IMG/VR virus record: IMGVR_UViG_3300032893_000001
Location: 88,183 to 120,182 of that record
Source of the DNA: a virus
DNA length: 32,000 nucleotides
Reading direction: 5' to 3' (one strand)
The notes below the pieces were generated by a model that was given only the letters and a program-made list of their open reading frames with translations, did no database searches and was not told the DNA's origin. A program made the translations under genes and the position numbers. Below are positions 23,372 through 30,310 of the stretch, in pieces. Numbering within the stretch: the stretch's first letter is position 1; each line of letters starts with the position of its first letter.

Positions 23372-23526
23372 GGGCTCTGCGACTCGTCCTTCACCTCACG
23401 CAGCTTGACGTGCTCGGGATACTTCGCGTCGTATTCCTGCCGTTCGCGTTCGCGCTCTTGTTTGATCTGCTCGAGCTGAATGCGACCGCTCGCATCCGGA
23501 TCGCCGAGGTCGGGATGGTGCGCCAT
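23365..23526 (-). CDS. 53-aa hypothetical protein, not in ORF track
   Basis: The ATG at 23526 has a TGATG overlap with the upstream stop. The product is MAHHPDLGDPDASGRIQLEQIKQERERERQEYDAKYPEHVKLREVKDESQSPW, with GC-rich third positions. Confidence 0.45.
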   Translation of the reverse strand: MAHHPDLGDPDASGRIQLEQIKQERERERQEYDAKYPEHVKLREVKDESQSPW

Positions 23527-23759
23527 CACACATCCCGCATGCGCTCGAGTCCGGCGGCACTGAACGAAAGACGTCCAGCTTTCTCGAAGTCACGCACACG
23601 AAGCGTGAAGGTGAATGGTTTCCCTTCTTCTTCGGCAGCGACGAGGACTTCGCAGAACTCGTTGCCTACTTCTCCTTTGATCACGAGTGAATCGCAATTG
23701 GCGCTCTCTGAGTCGAGCACGACGGTCCACGACTTGTCCTTGAGCTGCGTCACGGCCAT
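23526..23759 (-). CDS. hypothetical protein
   Basis: Track ORF 23526..23771; ATG at 23759 preferred (GGAGGAAGTC precedes it). Confidence 0.65.
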   Translation of the reverse strand: MAVTQLKDKSWTVVLDSESANCDSLVIKGEVGNEFCEVLVAAEEEGKPFTFTLRVRDFEKAGRLSFSAAGLERMRDV

Positions 23760-23769
23760 GACTTCCTCC

Positions 23770-23806
23770 AAAAGAAAAAGGCCAGCCCACCGAAGTGAGC
23801 TGGCCT
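23770..23806 (-). terminator. rho-independent terminator
   Basis: On the minus strand, GGCCAGCTCAC-ttcg-GTGGGCTGGCC is followed by TTTTTCTTTTGG. Confidence 0.85.
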
Positions 23807-23826
23807 GATGTCGAAACGGACTTGAA

Positions 23827-25068
23827 CTACTTCTTCTTGCGACGAACCTGCATCTCGACCGGCCAGTTCAAGATGACTCCGATGGTCACCCATTTGATCG
23901 CTTGCTCGAGCGTCACGGGACCATCGTCGTTCGGCCAATTTCGGATGACGCCCTCGGCTGCCCACCCGAGCACGTCGAACTCGTTGAAGAAGGTACCGTC
24001 CAAGGGCGGAGCCACCGGCGGAGTCGGGTCCGGAGGCGACGGGGGCGTCGGATCGGGCGGCGTGGGTGCCGGCGGTTCCGGAGGCGCGGGAGGAGCAGGA
24101 GGCTCCGGCGGGGTGGGCTGCGGAGGCACGTTGCCACCGATGGCTTCGAAGTCGGCGAGCAGGTCGCTCCACGCGAAGCCGTTGGGCGCCTTGGTCTGGC
24201 CCTTGGCGAGTTGGTCGGGGCTGAGAAGAACGTAGAGCTCACCGCCTCCCGAAGAAGAGCAGAGGTGCGCGAGCGCTTCCCAGGTGATGACGCCGATGAG
24301 GCCCCAGGTGTCGATGAGCACGCCCTTGTCGGTGTAGCCGACCGCCATGACGCAATGGCCATTGCTCGGATCGGGAGTGCCGACGTCCCACGTGAAGCCG
24401 GAGCTCGAGGGGAACGGGTTGACCCAGGCATCGGGCAGCTCGATGCCGAGGTAGAGGTTCTCGAACAAGTTCATGGCCTGCATGACCTCGGTCTTGTTCG
24501 TCGCGTCGACGGCAACCCAGCCGACGAGCTTGGTGCCGTTGGCGAAGCCCTTCTGAGTCCAGTAGTTCAACGCCGTCTGCTCGTCGCAGCCTTGGTCGGT
24601 GTTCGGATCGCCGGGGACGTAGCCGCCGATGGCGGAGTAGTCCGCGATGAGCTGCTCGTTGGTCGCAGCGAACGGAGTGCCCGTTGCGTTCCCGGTCTCG
24701 ACGGCGACGATGTGGTAACCGCCGGCGATGACGCAGTCGCCGAGCTGGTCGTTGAGGTAGACGTTCGAAAGCACCGAAGCGGCCTTCGCGCTGTAGTCGC
24801 ACGAGGCCGGCGGCGCCGGGAGCTCTGCGCGCAAGTAGTTCTTGAGCGAGAGACGCGGACCCTTCGCCGCAGGGCGCTTGCGCCCGAGCTTGACGGAACG
24901 TCCGAGATGCGGTGCGTGGAAAGACTTGACGGTCATCTTCGATCTCCTTGGTGGTCCCAGCAGGCTACTCTCGAGGTACGGTCCAAGCCAAGAATCTGGC
25001 AAGAAAAGAAAGACCCACTTGATGATGACGACCACGACGATGATGACGATGAGGACCCAGAGCGTCAC
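23827..25068 (-). CDS. papain-like cysteine peptidase with N-terminal TM anchor and Pro-rich linker
   Basis: Track ORF 23827..25149; the GTG at 25068 (GTGA overlap with the upstream stop) is preferred. It gives the TM segment TLWVLIVIIVVVVIIKWVFLFL. An alternative internal ATG at 24936 has the strong SD AAGGAG. Catalytic-type motifs are NDQLGDCVIAG, NGHCVMAVGY and LIDTWG. A (P/E/T/D)-rich linker precedes a ~60-aa C-terminal domain. Confidence 0.7.
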   Translation of the reverse strand: MTLWVLIVIIVVVVIIKWVFLFLPDSWLGPYLESSLLGPPRRSKMTVKSFHAPHLGRSVKLGRKRPAAKGPRLSLKNYLRAELPAPPASCDYSAKAASVLSNVYLNDQLGDCVIAGGYHIVAVETGNATGTPFAATNEQLIADYSAIGGYVPGDPNTDQGCDEQTALNYWTQKGFANGTKLVGWVAVDATNKTEVMQAMNLFENLYLGIELPDAWVNPFPSSSGFTWDVGTPDPSNGHCVMAVGYTDKGVLIDTWGLIGVITWEALAHLCSSSGGGELYVLLSPDQLAKGQTKAPNGFAWSDLLADFEAIGGNVPPQPTPPEPPAPPAPPEPPAPTPPDPTPPSPPDPTPPVAPPLDGTFFNEFDVLGWAAEGVIRNWPNDDGPVTLEQAIKWVTIGVILNWPVEMQVRRKKK

Positions 25069-25706
25069 GAAGATACCGTCCTCCCCAGAAACTGTCGCTC
25101 GATGGCACGGGCTATCAGCGCGCAGTGCCCGCCATTCGAGTACAGCCACTCCACCACTTCGTTGATCGCATCGGTGCGGAGCTGTGCGTTCTCAGCTTCC
25201 GTCTTCTCGGTGCGGGCCTTCAACCTCTCCACCTCCGCGCGCAGGGCGGCATGCTCGGCGCGCAGGGTCGGGATCTCAGTTAGTGCCCCCCTAAGCCTCT
25301 CCGCTTCCGCACGTAGCGCTGCGTTGGCGACGTGGAGCTGATCCAGCTCGTGCGACATTTCCGCCGTGCGCTTGTTGTATGCCCGTTGAGCCATGCGGAA
25401 ACGCTCGGGGTCCGGTGCGTAGCTGCGGAGTTGCTTGTTATCCCTACTCAACATCTTCACCTCTGCGCGGAGGGCTGCGTTGGTCTTGGCGAACGAAACG
25501 CCTAGCCCCACCAGTTCAGCACTGATGACGGCTAACTCCGCTTCGTTTTCGTTGGCTCGCTCGGAGGCAGCCTTCCGGTAGTCAGCCAACTCCCCCTCCG
25601 CCTTCTCGGCGCGGGCGCGTTCGGCGTCGCGTTCCTTTTCGAGATCGAAAATGCGCTTCCACGCCATACCGCTCGCTTCCGCGTACGAATCACCATCGCC
25701 ACTCAT
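25065..25706 (-). CDS. coiled-coil protein with AALRAE repeats
   Basis: Track ORF 25065..25865 trimmed to the ATG at 25706 (MSGDGDSYAE...). It is preceded by start-associated motif copy A. Confidence 0.7.
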   Translation of the reverse strand: MSGDGDSYAEASGMAWKRIFDLEKERDAERARAEKAEGELADYRKAASERANENEAELAVISAELVGLGVSFAKTNAALRAEVKMLSRDNKQLRSYAPDPERFRMAQRAYNKRTAEMSHELDQLHVANAALRAEAERLRGALTEIPTLRAEHAALRAEVERLKARTEKTEAENAQLRTDAINEVVEWLYSNGGHCALIARAIERQFLGRTVSS

Positions 25707-25740
25707 GGTCTCCTCCATCCTCGCGTGGGGTGAGCGCGGC
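25699..25740 (-). repeat. start-associated sequence, copy A (upstream arm lies in non-coding DNA)
   Basis: Minus-strand sequence is GCCGCGCTCACCCCACGCGAGGATGGAGGAGACCATGAGTGG. Confidence 0.8.
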
Positions 25741-25779
25741 ACCTCTCGCACGTGCGCCCTCGAGCCGAGCGCCAGGCGG

Positions 25780-26070
25780 TCACGGTCGCTCCTTCCAAAT
25801 GTCTCGCACCCAGCGATCGCCAACATCCCATCGCGCCTGAATCCACGCGATGTAGAGCCGGTCAAACTCGACGCTCGCGGAACTGCCGACCCTGAGTATG
25901 TCGCCGCCGTGCATCTTCATGAACGCGTCGAGCTCACGCTTGGCTTCGCTCACTCGATCCAACACGTCCTCCCATTTGCCCGCCTCTTTCTTCCGCATCG
26001 GACAAAGCTCACGGTGCTCCGTAGCGAACGGGTCAATAGTGGCGCATGTGCATCCGTACGTGTCGCCCAT
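25780..26070 (-). CDS. hypothetical protein
   Basis: Track ORF 25780..26124 trimmed to the ATG at 26070 (MGDTYGCTCATIDPF...). GGAGGG lies 5 nt upstream. Confidence 0.65.
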   Translation of the reverse strand: MGDTYGCTCATIDPFATEHRELCPMRKKEAGKWEDVLDRVSEAKRELDAFMKMHGGDILRVGSSASVEFDRLYIAWIQARWDVGDRWVRDIWKERP

Positions 26071-26096
26071 CTCATCCCTCCAATCAAGTGCCGGCC
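26071..26096 (-). repeat. second start-associated motif, copy 1
   Basis: Minus-strand sequence is GGCCGGCACTTGATTGGAGGGATGAG, 26/26 identical to 26300..26325. Confidence 0.8.
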
Positions 26097-26120
26097 CACG
26101 TCGGTTGGTGGGGGTGGGGG

Positions 26121-26297
26121 TCATTCTAACAAGTCCGCGGCAAGAATCGTGTTAGTGGCACCACACCCTTGGTGCTTCACGATAACCCTAAGCGGACCAA
26201 CGCTTAGGGCGCCCTGACGCAATCGGATTATTCTGGCGACCACATCTTTGGTTGTTGGAAAGAAGCGCTCCCCACACCAGTGACATAGACATCCCAT
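26121..26297 (-). CDS. possible 58-aa Cys-containing ORF, not in ORF track
   Basis: The ATG at 26297 lies 7 nt after GGAGGG of motif copy 2. The product is MGCLCHWCGERFFPTTKDVVARIIRLRQGALSVGPLRVIVKHQGCGATNTILAADLLE. Third-position GC is only about half, and the stretch contains two hairpins, so it may be non-coding. Confidence 0.3.
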   Translation of the reverse strand: MGCLCHWCGERFFPTTKDVVARIIRLRQGALSVGPLRVIVKHQGCGATNTILAADLLE

Positions 26298-26299
26298 CT

Positions 26300-26325
26300 C
26301 TCATCCCTCCAATCAAGTGCCGGCC
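26300..26325 (-). repeat. second start-associated motif, copy 2
   Basis: Identical 26-mer. Here it contains the stop codon of 26313..26645. Confidence 0.8.
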
Positions 26326-26645
26326 TCTTCTTCGTACGTCTCCAGCGTGATCGGGTCCCCGCCGTGACTCTCCCAAAAGACGACGGTGGCGCACTGAGCG
26401 TACGAGTTTGGCGTCGGCTGCGTCCGTATCCATTCGGCGAACGCGGCCAACGCATCGCGATGCGCCTCCGCTTCTCCCCATCCGACCTTGCTGCCCGATG
26501 TGCCGATGCAAAACGTCTCTGCGAAGTTGGTGCCCTTGACTATCGGCGTAACCAGTTTGCCCAGCAGCTCACGCGCCTTGGCGTGATGGTCGGCCAAGGG
26601 GAAGTGCGACACAACGACCATCACTCTATTGTTTATGATTCCCAT
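26313..26645 (-). CDS. hypothetical protein
   Basis: Track ORF 26313..26951 trimmed to the ATG at 26645 (MGIINNRVMVVVSHF...). SD GGGAGA. Confidence 0.65.
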   Translation of the reverse strand: MGIINNRVMVVVSHFPLADHHAKARELLGKLVTPIVKGTNFAETFCIGTSGSKVGWGEAEAHRDALAAFAEWIRTQPTPNSYAQCATVVFWESHGGDPITLETYEEEAGT

Positions 26646-26857
26646 GTCTTCTCCCAATCGGTGCCGGTCTCTTCTGGCCCACGGGCCGGCGGCGTGGCTG
26701 CATTGCATGACGAGACGAGATTGCTCGACCATCGCCAGAAGTCTTCGAGCCAATGCGCCCGCGCTGGTGCTCCGCATGCCTCGCAATGCCAGATGCACCC
26801 ATAGGAACGTCTCCACGACCATGCTCCGCACGCGCATCGTTGCTGTGTTGTCTGCAT
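26633..26857 (-). CDS. Cys-rich small protein
   Basis: Track ORF 26633..26860. The ATG at 26857 has a TGATG overlap with the upstream stop. The Cys-containing stretch is CACGAW...CIWHCEAC. Confidence 0.6.
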   Translation of the reverse strand: MQTTQQRCACGAWSWRRSYGCIWHCEACGAPARAHWLEDFWRWSSNLVSSCNAATPPARGPEETGTDWEKTWES

Positions 26858-27099
26858 CACACCCTCGGCTCCAATCCGCGCGCACGTGCAAGCTCGCGGT
26901 GCTTGCGGAGGGCGAGGCAGTGGGGGCAGCCACGCCTATAGGCCCCAGCATATGAGGCTTTTAGCGGTAATTCGTCGCTCCCGCCGCTCACGTAAACACC
27001 GAACGCTGATGCGCTCCATACGATGTAGGGCAGCGTTTCCCGCCACGCCCAGCACTCCCCGGCGTAGGGGTCGGTCCAGGTGCAGACTTCGGGGGTCAT
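26857..27099 (-). CDS. hypothetical protein
   Basis: Track ORF 26857..27111; ATG at 27099 (ATGA overlap) preferred. It contains CPHC. Confidence 0.6.
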   Translation of the reverse strand: MTPEVCTWTDPYAGECWAWRETLPYIVWSASAFGVYVSGGSDELPLKASYAGAYRRGCPHCLALRKHRELARARGLEPRV

Positions 27100-27350
27100 T
27101 TCGATACCCATATCGCGCTGTATCGGGGAACGGTCTCTCCGTAGACGCGGAACACGGATGTGGTCGTTGGATCGTCCTCGCGAGATACATGCACGACCGC
27201 GCAGTTACCTTTCACAATCAAATAGTCAGCGGACGTGCGGTCTTCATGCTCTGCCCAAAGCTCCGCGGCTTTGCTGGCGCAGAAAGCATCAATGGTGCGC
27301 GCGTCGTCACGCGTACCGCCATACTCAGGGCACCAGACTAAATACTTCAT
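27096..27350 (-). CDS. hypothetical protein
   Basis: Track ORF of 84 aa, preceded by GGATAGGAGG. Confidence 0.65.
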   Translation of the reverse strand: MKYLVWCPEYGGTRDDARTIDAFCASKAAELWAEHEDRTSADYLIVKGNCAVVHVSREDDPTTTSVFRVYGETVPRYSAIWVSK

Positions 27351-27373
27351 CTCCCCAACCTCCTATCCGCTTG

Positions 27374-27748
27374 TCAACGGACTGTATCCTGAAGAGTGAG
27401 CGCTGCTGCGACCGATCGTACCGTCTCCACGTACAGTGCGTCCTTCGCTCGTTGCGACGGAGACAACTCCGAGTAGGGAACGATGCATGGATGCTCTTTG
27501 GTGTCCGTATTCTTGACCGGTCCCCACTTCCACCCATTCGCCACTTTTTCCGCGAGCCACGACTCGTGGCTCTGTTCGGGTGTGTTGCCGGCTAGCGCTC
27601 CCTCGACACCGTTGAGTGCACTTGATTTCTGCCAGTCGGGCGCGTCTTCCCACGATGGCTGCGAGTTGTCGCCGATCGCGATGCAGTAGGCGCGATTCAC
27701 CTCGTGGGCAGCACGAGCGCAAGCTTCGATCACGGTTGCTTCAGTCAT
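27374..27748 (-). CDS. RyR-domain protein
   Basis: Track ORF of 124 aa. ..HESWLAEKVANGWKWGPVKNTDTKEHPCIVPYSELSPSQRAKD.. matches the RyR-repeat pattern HExW...GWxxG......HPxLVPYxxL. It is preceded by GGATAGGAGG. Confidence 0.65.
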   Translation of the reverse strand: MTEATVIEACARAAHEVNRAYCIAIGDNSQPSWEDAPDWQKSSALNGVEGALAGNTPEQSHESWLAEKVANGWKWGPVKNTDTKEHPCIVPYSELSPSQRAKDALYVETVRSVAAALTLQDTVR

Positions 27749-27939
27749 TTTCCAATCCTCCTATCCACTTCCATCTCCGCCGCGCGCTGGGCGGCGCGGA
27801 GGGTGCGGCAATTAGAGCTGGGCCAGCCGTCGACGTATGCAGTAAAGCCATATCTGTCGTGATTCCACACCTTGATGCTGATGCCTCGATACATGCGGTC
27901 ACGCGAACGTGTGACCCACTTCGTGCTTTGCTTGCTCAT
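27745..27939 (-). CDS. hypothetical protein
   Basis: Track ORF of 64 aa, with ATGA overlaps on both sides. Confidence 0.6.
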   Translation of the reverse strand: MSKQSTKWVTRSRDRMYRGISIKVWNHDRYGFTAYVDGWPSSNCRTLRAAQRAAEMEVDRRIGK

Positions 27940-28124
27940 GATTCCTCCAACGCCTTGCGGCCGGCGGGGGTGATTCGGACCTCATTGCCCTGTGTCGATT
28001 GCTCGAGCAATCCCATACTGATTAGGGGGTCAAATACCCGCCTGTTCCTGTTCCAGATGCAATCGCGGTTGCTGGCCAGGGTCAGCACCACGCGTTGCGC
28101 CTCCGTCAGCCTGCGCGCGGTCAT
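27936..28124 (-). CDS. small possible winged-helix DNA-binding protein
   Basis: Track ORF 27936..28418 trimmed to the ATG at 28124 (MTARRLTEAQRVVLTLASNRD...). The functional call is weak. Confidence 0.5.
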   Translation of the reverse strand: MTARRLTEAQRVVLTLASNRDCIWNRNRRVFDPLISMGLLEQSTQGNEVRITPAGRKALEES

Positions 28125-28435
28125 GGGGTGGCCTTTCGTCGGGCGTAGCCATAGGGGCCCCGCTCCCAATCGCCGAGGTTCGCGCCGTTGAGGTCCGCGT
28201 CGCAGAGGTTCGCGCCGCGGAGGTTGGCGCAAGAGAGGTCCGCGCCGCCGAGGTTTACACGAGGGACCAACCCCCAATCCCGCAGCCATCCTGAAAAACC
28301 AGGATAAGCGACCGCGAGCCAGACATCGTGGAGCGGTGTCCATCTCACGCGCACGCGGAGCCTGCCCTTTGGTGAGCGCGTGGCAATCGACCGCCAAAGC
28401 GCTATGCCATCCTCGCACGCGTCGTGGCGCTTCAG
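28121..28435 (-). CDS. pentapeptide-repeat protein (start uncertain)
   Basis: Track ORF 28121..28561. VNLGGADLSCANLRGANLCDADLNGANLGDW are A(D/N)LXX repeats. There is no ATG or GTG near the upstream stop. The coordinates given use the CTG at 28435 (CTGA overlap). Alternatives are the GTG at 28354 or a frameshift fusion with 28432..28743. Confidence 0.5.
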   Translation of the reverse strand: MKRHDACEDGIALWRSIATRSPKGRLRVRVRWTPLHDVWLAVAYPGFSGWLRDWGLVPRVNLGGADLSCANLRGANLCDADLNGANLGDWERGPYGYARRKATP

Positions 28436-28743
28436 GTCTGCGAGTGTGATGGTGACGGTGATGGGGTGGCCTTCGTTCGCTGAGCGATGAACTGCTGCCC
28501 TAGCCTCATCTGCATGATGAAGTCGAATACGTCGGGGGATCGCGACGCGAACCGGTTGCACGCGTCACAGTAGGCGTCGCCCACCTCAGCAATCGTCTTT
28601 CCCGTCCCCGACTGCGACTTGTACCAGTCGGCGCGCGCACATACGGGGCAGACCCTGTAGTACGTGTCGAGCTGAGGATCTGCGTGCCCGTGCTTTCGCA
28701 GGAACTTGATGTCCTCGTCCGTGAGGGTCAACTCGATGGTCAT
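28432..28743 (-). CDS. zinc-ribbon protein
   Basis: Track ORF of 103 aa with CPVC and CDAC pairs. ATGA overlap with the upstream gene. Confidence 0.65.
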   Translation of the reverse strand: MTIELTLTDEDIKFLRKHGHADPQLDTYYRVCPVCARADWYKSQSGTGKTIAEVGDAYCDACNRFASRSPDVFDFIMQMRLGQQFIAQRTKATPSPSPSHSQT

Positions 28744-29033
28744 GGTGTGGCCTCCTTGGGCTCGCTGTCTCCCGGCGCACGTTCAGACAACGACAGGACG
28801 ACGAAATGCTTACCGAGCCCGATTCCCCCGTGCAGAACGTAGGTCACATACCTAACAAGCTTTCTTCCGGTGTGCCCAATCGCAGCCCAAGAGGGCCACC
28901 GCGGGTCCCACTCTTGGAGGATGAGGCAATCGCCCACCATGAAGTCTTGGTCGTATCGAAACTCGAACGTCTTGCGGCCATCGGCCACCGCCTCGAACTC
29001 GCTCACCCACGTTTTGAGATAGTGCGTTCTCAC
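28740..29033 (-). CDS. ASCH/DUF3850-like (PUA-fold) protein
   Basis: Track ORF of 97 aa with a GTG start (GTGA overlap). HYLKTWVSEFEAVADGRKTFEFRYDQDFMVGDCLILQEWD...TGRKLVRYVTYVL matches the DUF3850 pattern HxLKxWPxxFxAVxxGxKTFExR. Confidence 0.65.
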   Translation of the reverse strand: MRTHYLKTWVSEFEAVADGRKTFEFRYDQDFMVGDCLILQEWDPRWPSWAAIGHTGRKLVRYVTYVLHGGIGLGKHFVVLSLSERAPGDSEPKEATP

Positions 29034-29479
29034 GTCTCCTCCTTCCCCGGCAACTCATCCTCGCGCGGCGGCGGAGCAGGAGCCCAATCCGGAATCTCTG
29101 GCCTGTGTCTAGTGAAGTCACGAGGCCAAGCGTGGTACAGTTGCCACGCCCATCGGTGCATACGCTCGGCATCGGCCTTGGCGTCGTTGCGCTGGTGCAA
29201 CGCCTCGAGCACCGCGTTGCGCGCGATGGTCGGCATGAGAGGTAGCAGCTTCTCTCTCAGCTCGAGCACTCGGCGTACATCGAAATGCCATTCGCCGTCG
29301 AAGAAGTATCCGAACCTCGAATCGTCCGCCACGCAATCGAGCACGGCGCCGAAGAGGTCCTCTTGCGCGATGGCGTACCGAAGCACCCTGCGTAGTGTCT
29401 CCTTGTCCATGTAGTCCAGTAGTTCGCGAATCGACACGCTCAGCACACCATCTTTCAGAGTCAGTTTTGCGTCACTCAT
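29030..29479 (-). CDS. hypothetical protein
   Basis: Track ORF 29030..29668 trimmed to the ATG at 29479 (MSDAKLTLKDG...). It is preceded by motif copy B, with an ATGAGTGA overlap. Confidence 0.7.
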   Translation of the reverse strand: MSDAKLTLKDGVLSVSIRELLDYMDKETLRRVLRYAIAQEDLFGAVLDCVADDSRFGYFFDGEWHFDVRRVLELREKLLPLMPTIARNAVLEALHQRNDAKADAERMHRWAWQLYHAWPRDFTRHRPEIPDWAPAPPPREDELPGKEET

Positions 29480-29516
29480 GGTCTCCATCCTCATCCTCGC
29501 GCGGGGCGAGCGCGGC
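29472..29516 (-). repeat. start-associated sequence, copy B
   Basis: Minus-strand sequence is GCCGCGCTCGCCCCGCGCGAGGATGAGGATGGAGACCATGAGTGA. Confidence 0.8.
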
Positions 29517-29888
29517 GAGGAGCGCCTTCTTGGCCTCGGCGAGGCGATATAGATTGCGCGCACGCTCGTCCGGCGAAGGCCCCGGCATCTTTGAAACGTA
29601 TGCCGCGGCCTCCCTCCACGCCAAGGCTTCCTCCTCCTTGAGTGCAGCGAGCAATTCTGCGTTTGCACCCCTCAGCCTCTCCACCTCCGCGCGGAGGGCG
29701 GCCTGTGATTCCAGGCCAACTCGGACGCCGCGCTGAAACTCATCCACGTCGCGCAGTTCGACGAGCGCGATCGCCCTGTCGATGCCCACCGTGGCCGTGA
29801 GGATGCGATTCTCTTTGTCCTGCACGCACTGCGGGAGGCCGATCAGCCCGTACACGAAGTCCTCGGCCGTCACGATCGGTGCGCTCAT
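29472..29888 (-). CDS. coiled-coil protein (AALRAEVERL paralogue)
   Basis: Track ORF of 138 aa. It ends ...ALAPREDEDGDHE, inside motif copy B. Confidence 0.7.
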   Translation of the reverse strand: MSAPIVTAEDFVYGLIGLPQCVQDKENRILTATVGIDRAIALVELRDVDEFQRGVRVGLESQAALRAEVERLRGANAELLAALKEEEALAWREAAAYVSKMPGPSPDERARNLYRLAEAKKALLAALAPREDEDGDHE

Positions 29889-30310
29889 GACTCAAAACCC
29901 TTTTCGTCCCGAAGCGTGGTTTTCGGCAGCACCTCGAACAGCAGCCCCGCTGCTTCTTCGATCGGCCCCTCCAGTTGGTAGCGCAGGAGTCCGCGCCAGA
30001 GCCGCTCGAAGGACACACGCGTCTTGTCTCTGTTGAAGACCACGCGGATCGATTCTTCGGGGCGCATATTGACCATGCGTTCCCAGATCATGGGGTGAAT
30101 CACTGGTTCACTCATGGCCCTGCCCTCCGTGGCGTGGACAACAGGCCCGAAGACAGGATCGGCGTGCCGCTCCGCGGTATCGTGCCGACACGATCGCTCC
30201 CTGCTCCAACAGCCCGCTCCGCACAGGTTGCACATTTCACCGTTGCACATTGGGCAATCCGGTCCCGGACAATTCGGATCGCGGTTGGCTGCGCTGAGCC
30301 CGTCACTCAT
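29885..30310 (-). CDS. Cys-rich (zinc-binding?) protein
   Basis: Track ORF 29885..30322; ATG at 30310 (MSDGLSAANRDPNCPGPDCPMCNGEMCNLCGAGCW...). It is preceded by motif copy C. Confidence 0.7.
   Translation of the reverse strand: MSDGLSAANRDPNCPGPDCPMCNGEMCNLCGAGCWSRERSCRHDTAERHADPVFGPVVHATEGRAMSEPVIHPMIWERMVNMRPEESIRVVFNRDKTRVSFERLWRGLLRYQLEGPIEEAAGLLFEVLPKTTLRDEKGFES

Noticed and set aside
26123-26131. An extended -10 promoter TGTTAGAAT upstream of gene 25780..26070.
   Set aside because: It has no convincing -35 element and lies inside the candidate 58-aa ORF. It is therefore mentioned only within a finding and is not called as a feature.
26188-26511. Track ORFs 26188..26511 and 26228..26455.
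   Set aside because: Both overlap the well-supported gene 26313..26645 in other frames and are Arg-rich. Only the third frame (26121..26297) has an SD-spaced ATG, and even that is kept at low confidence.
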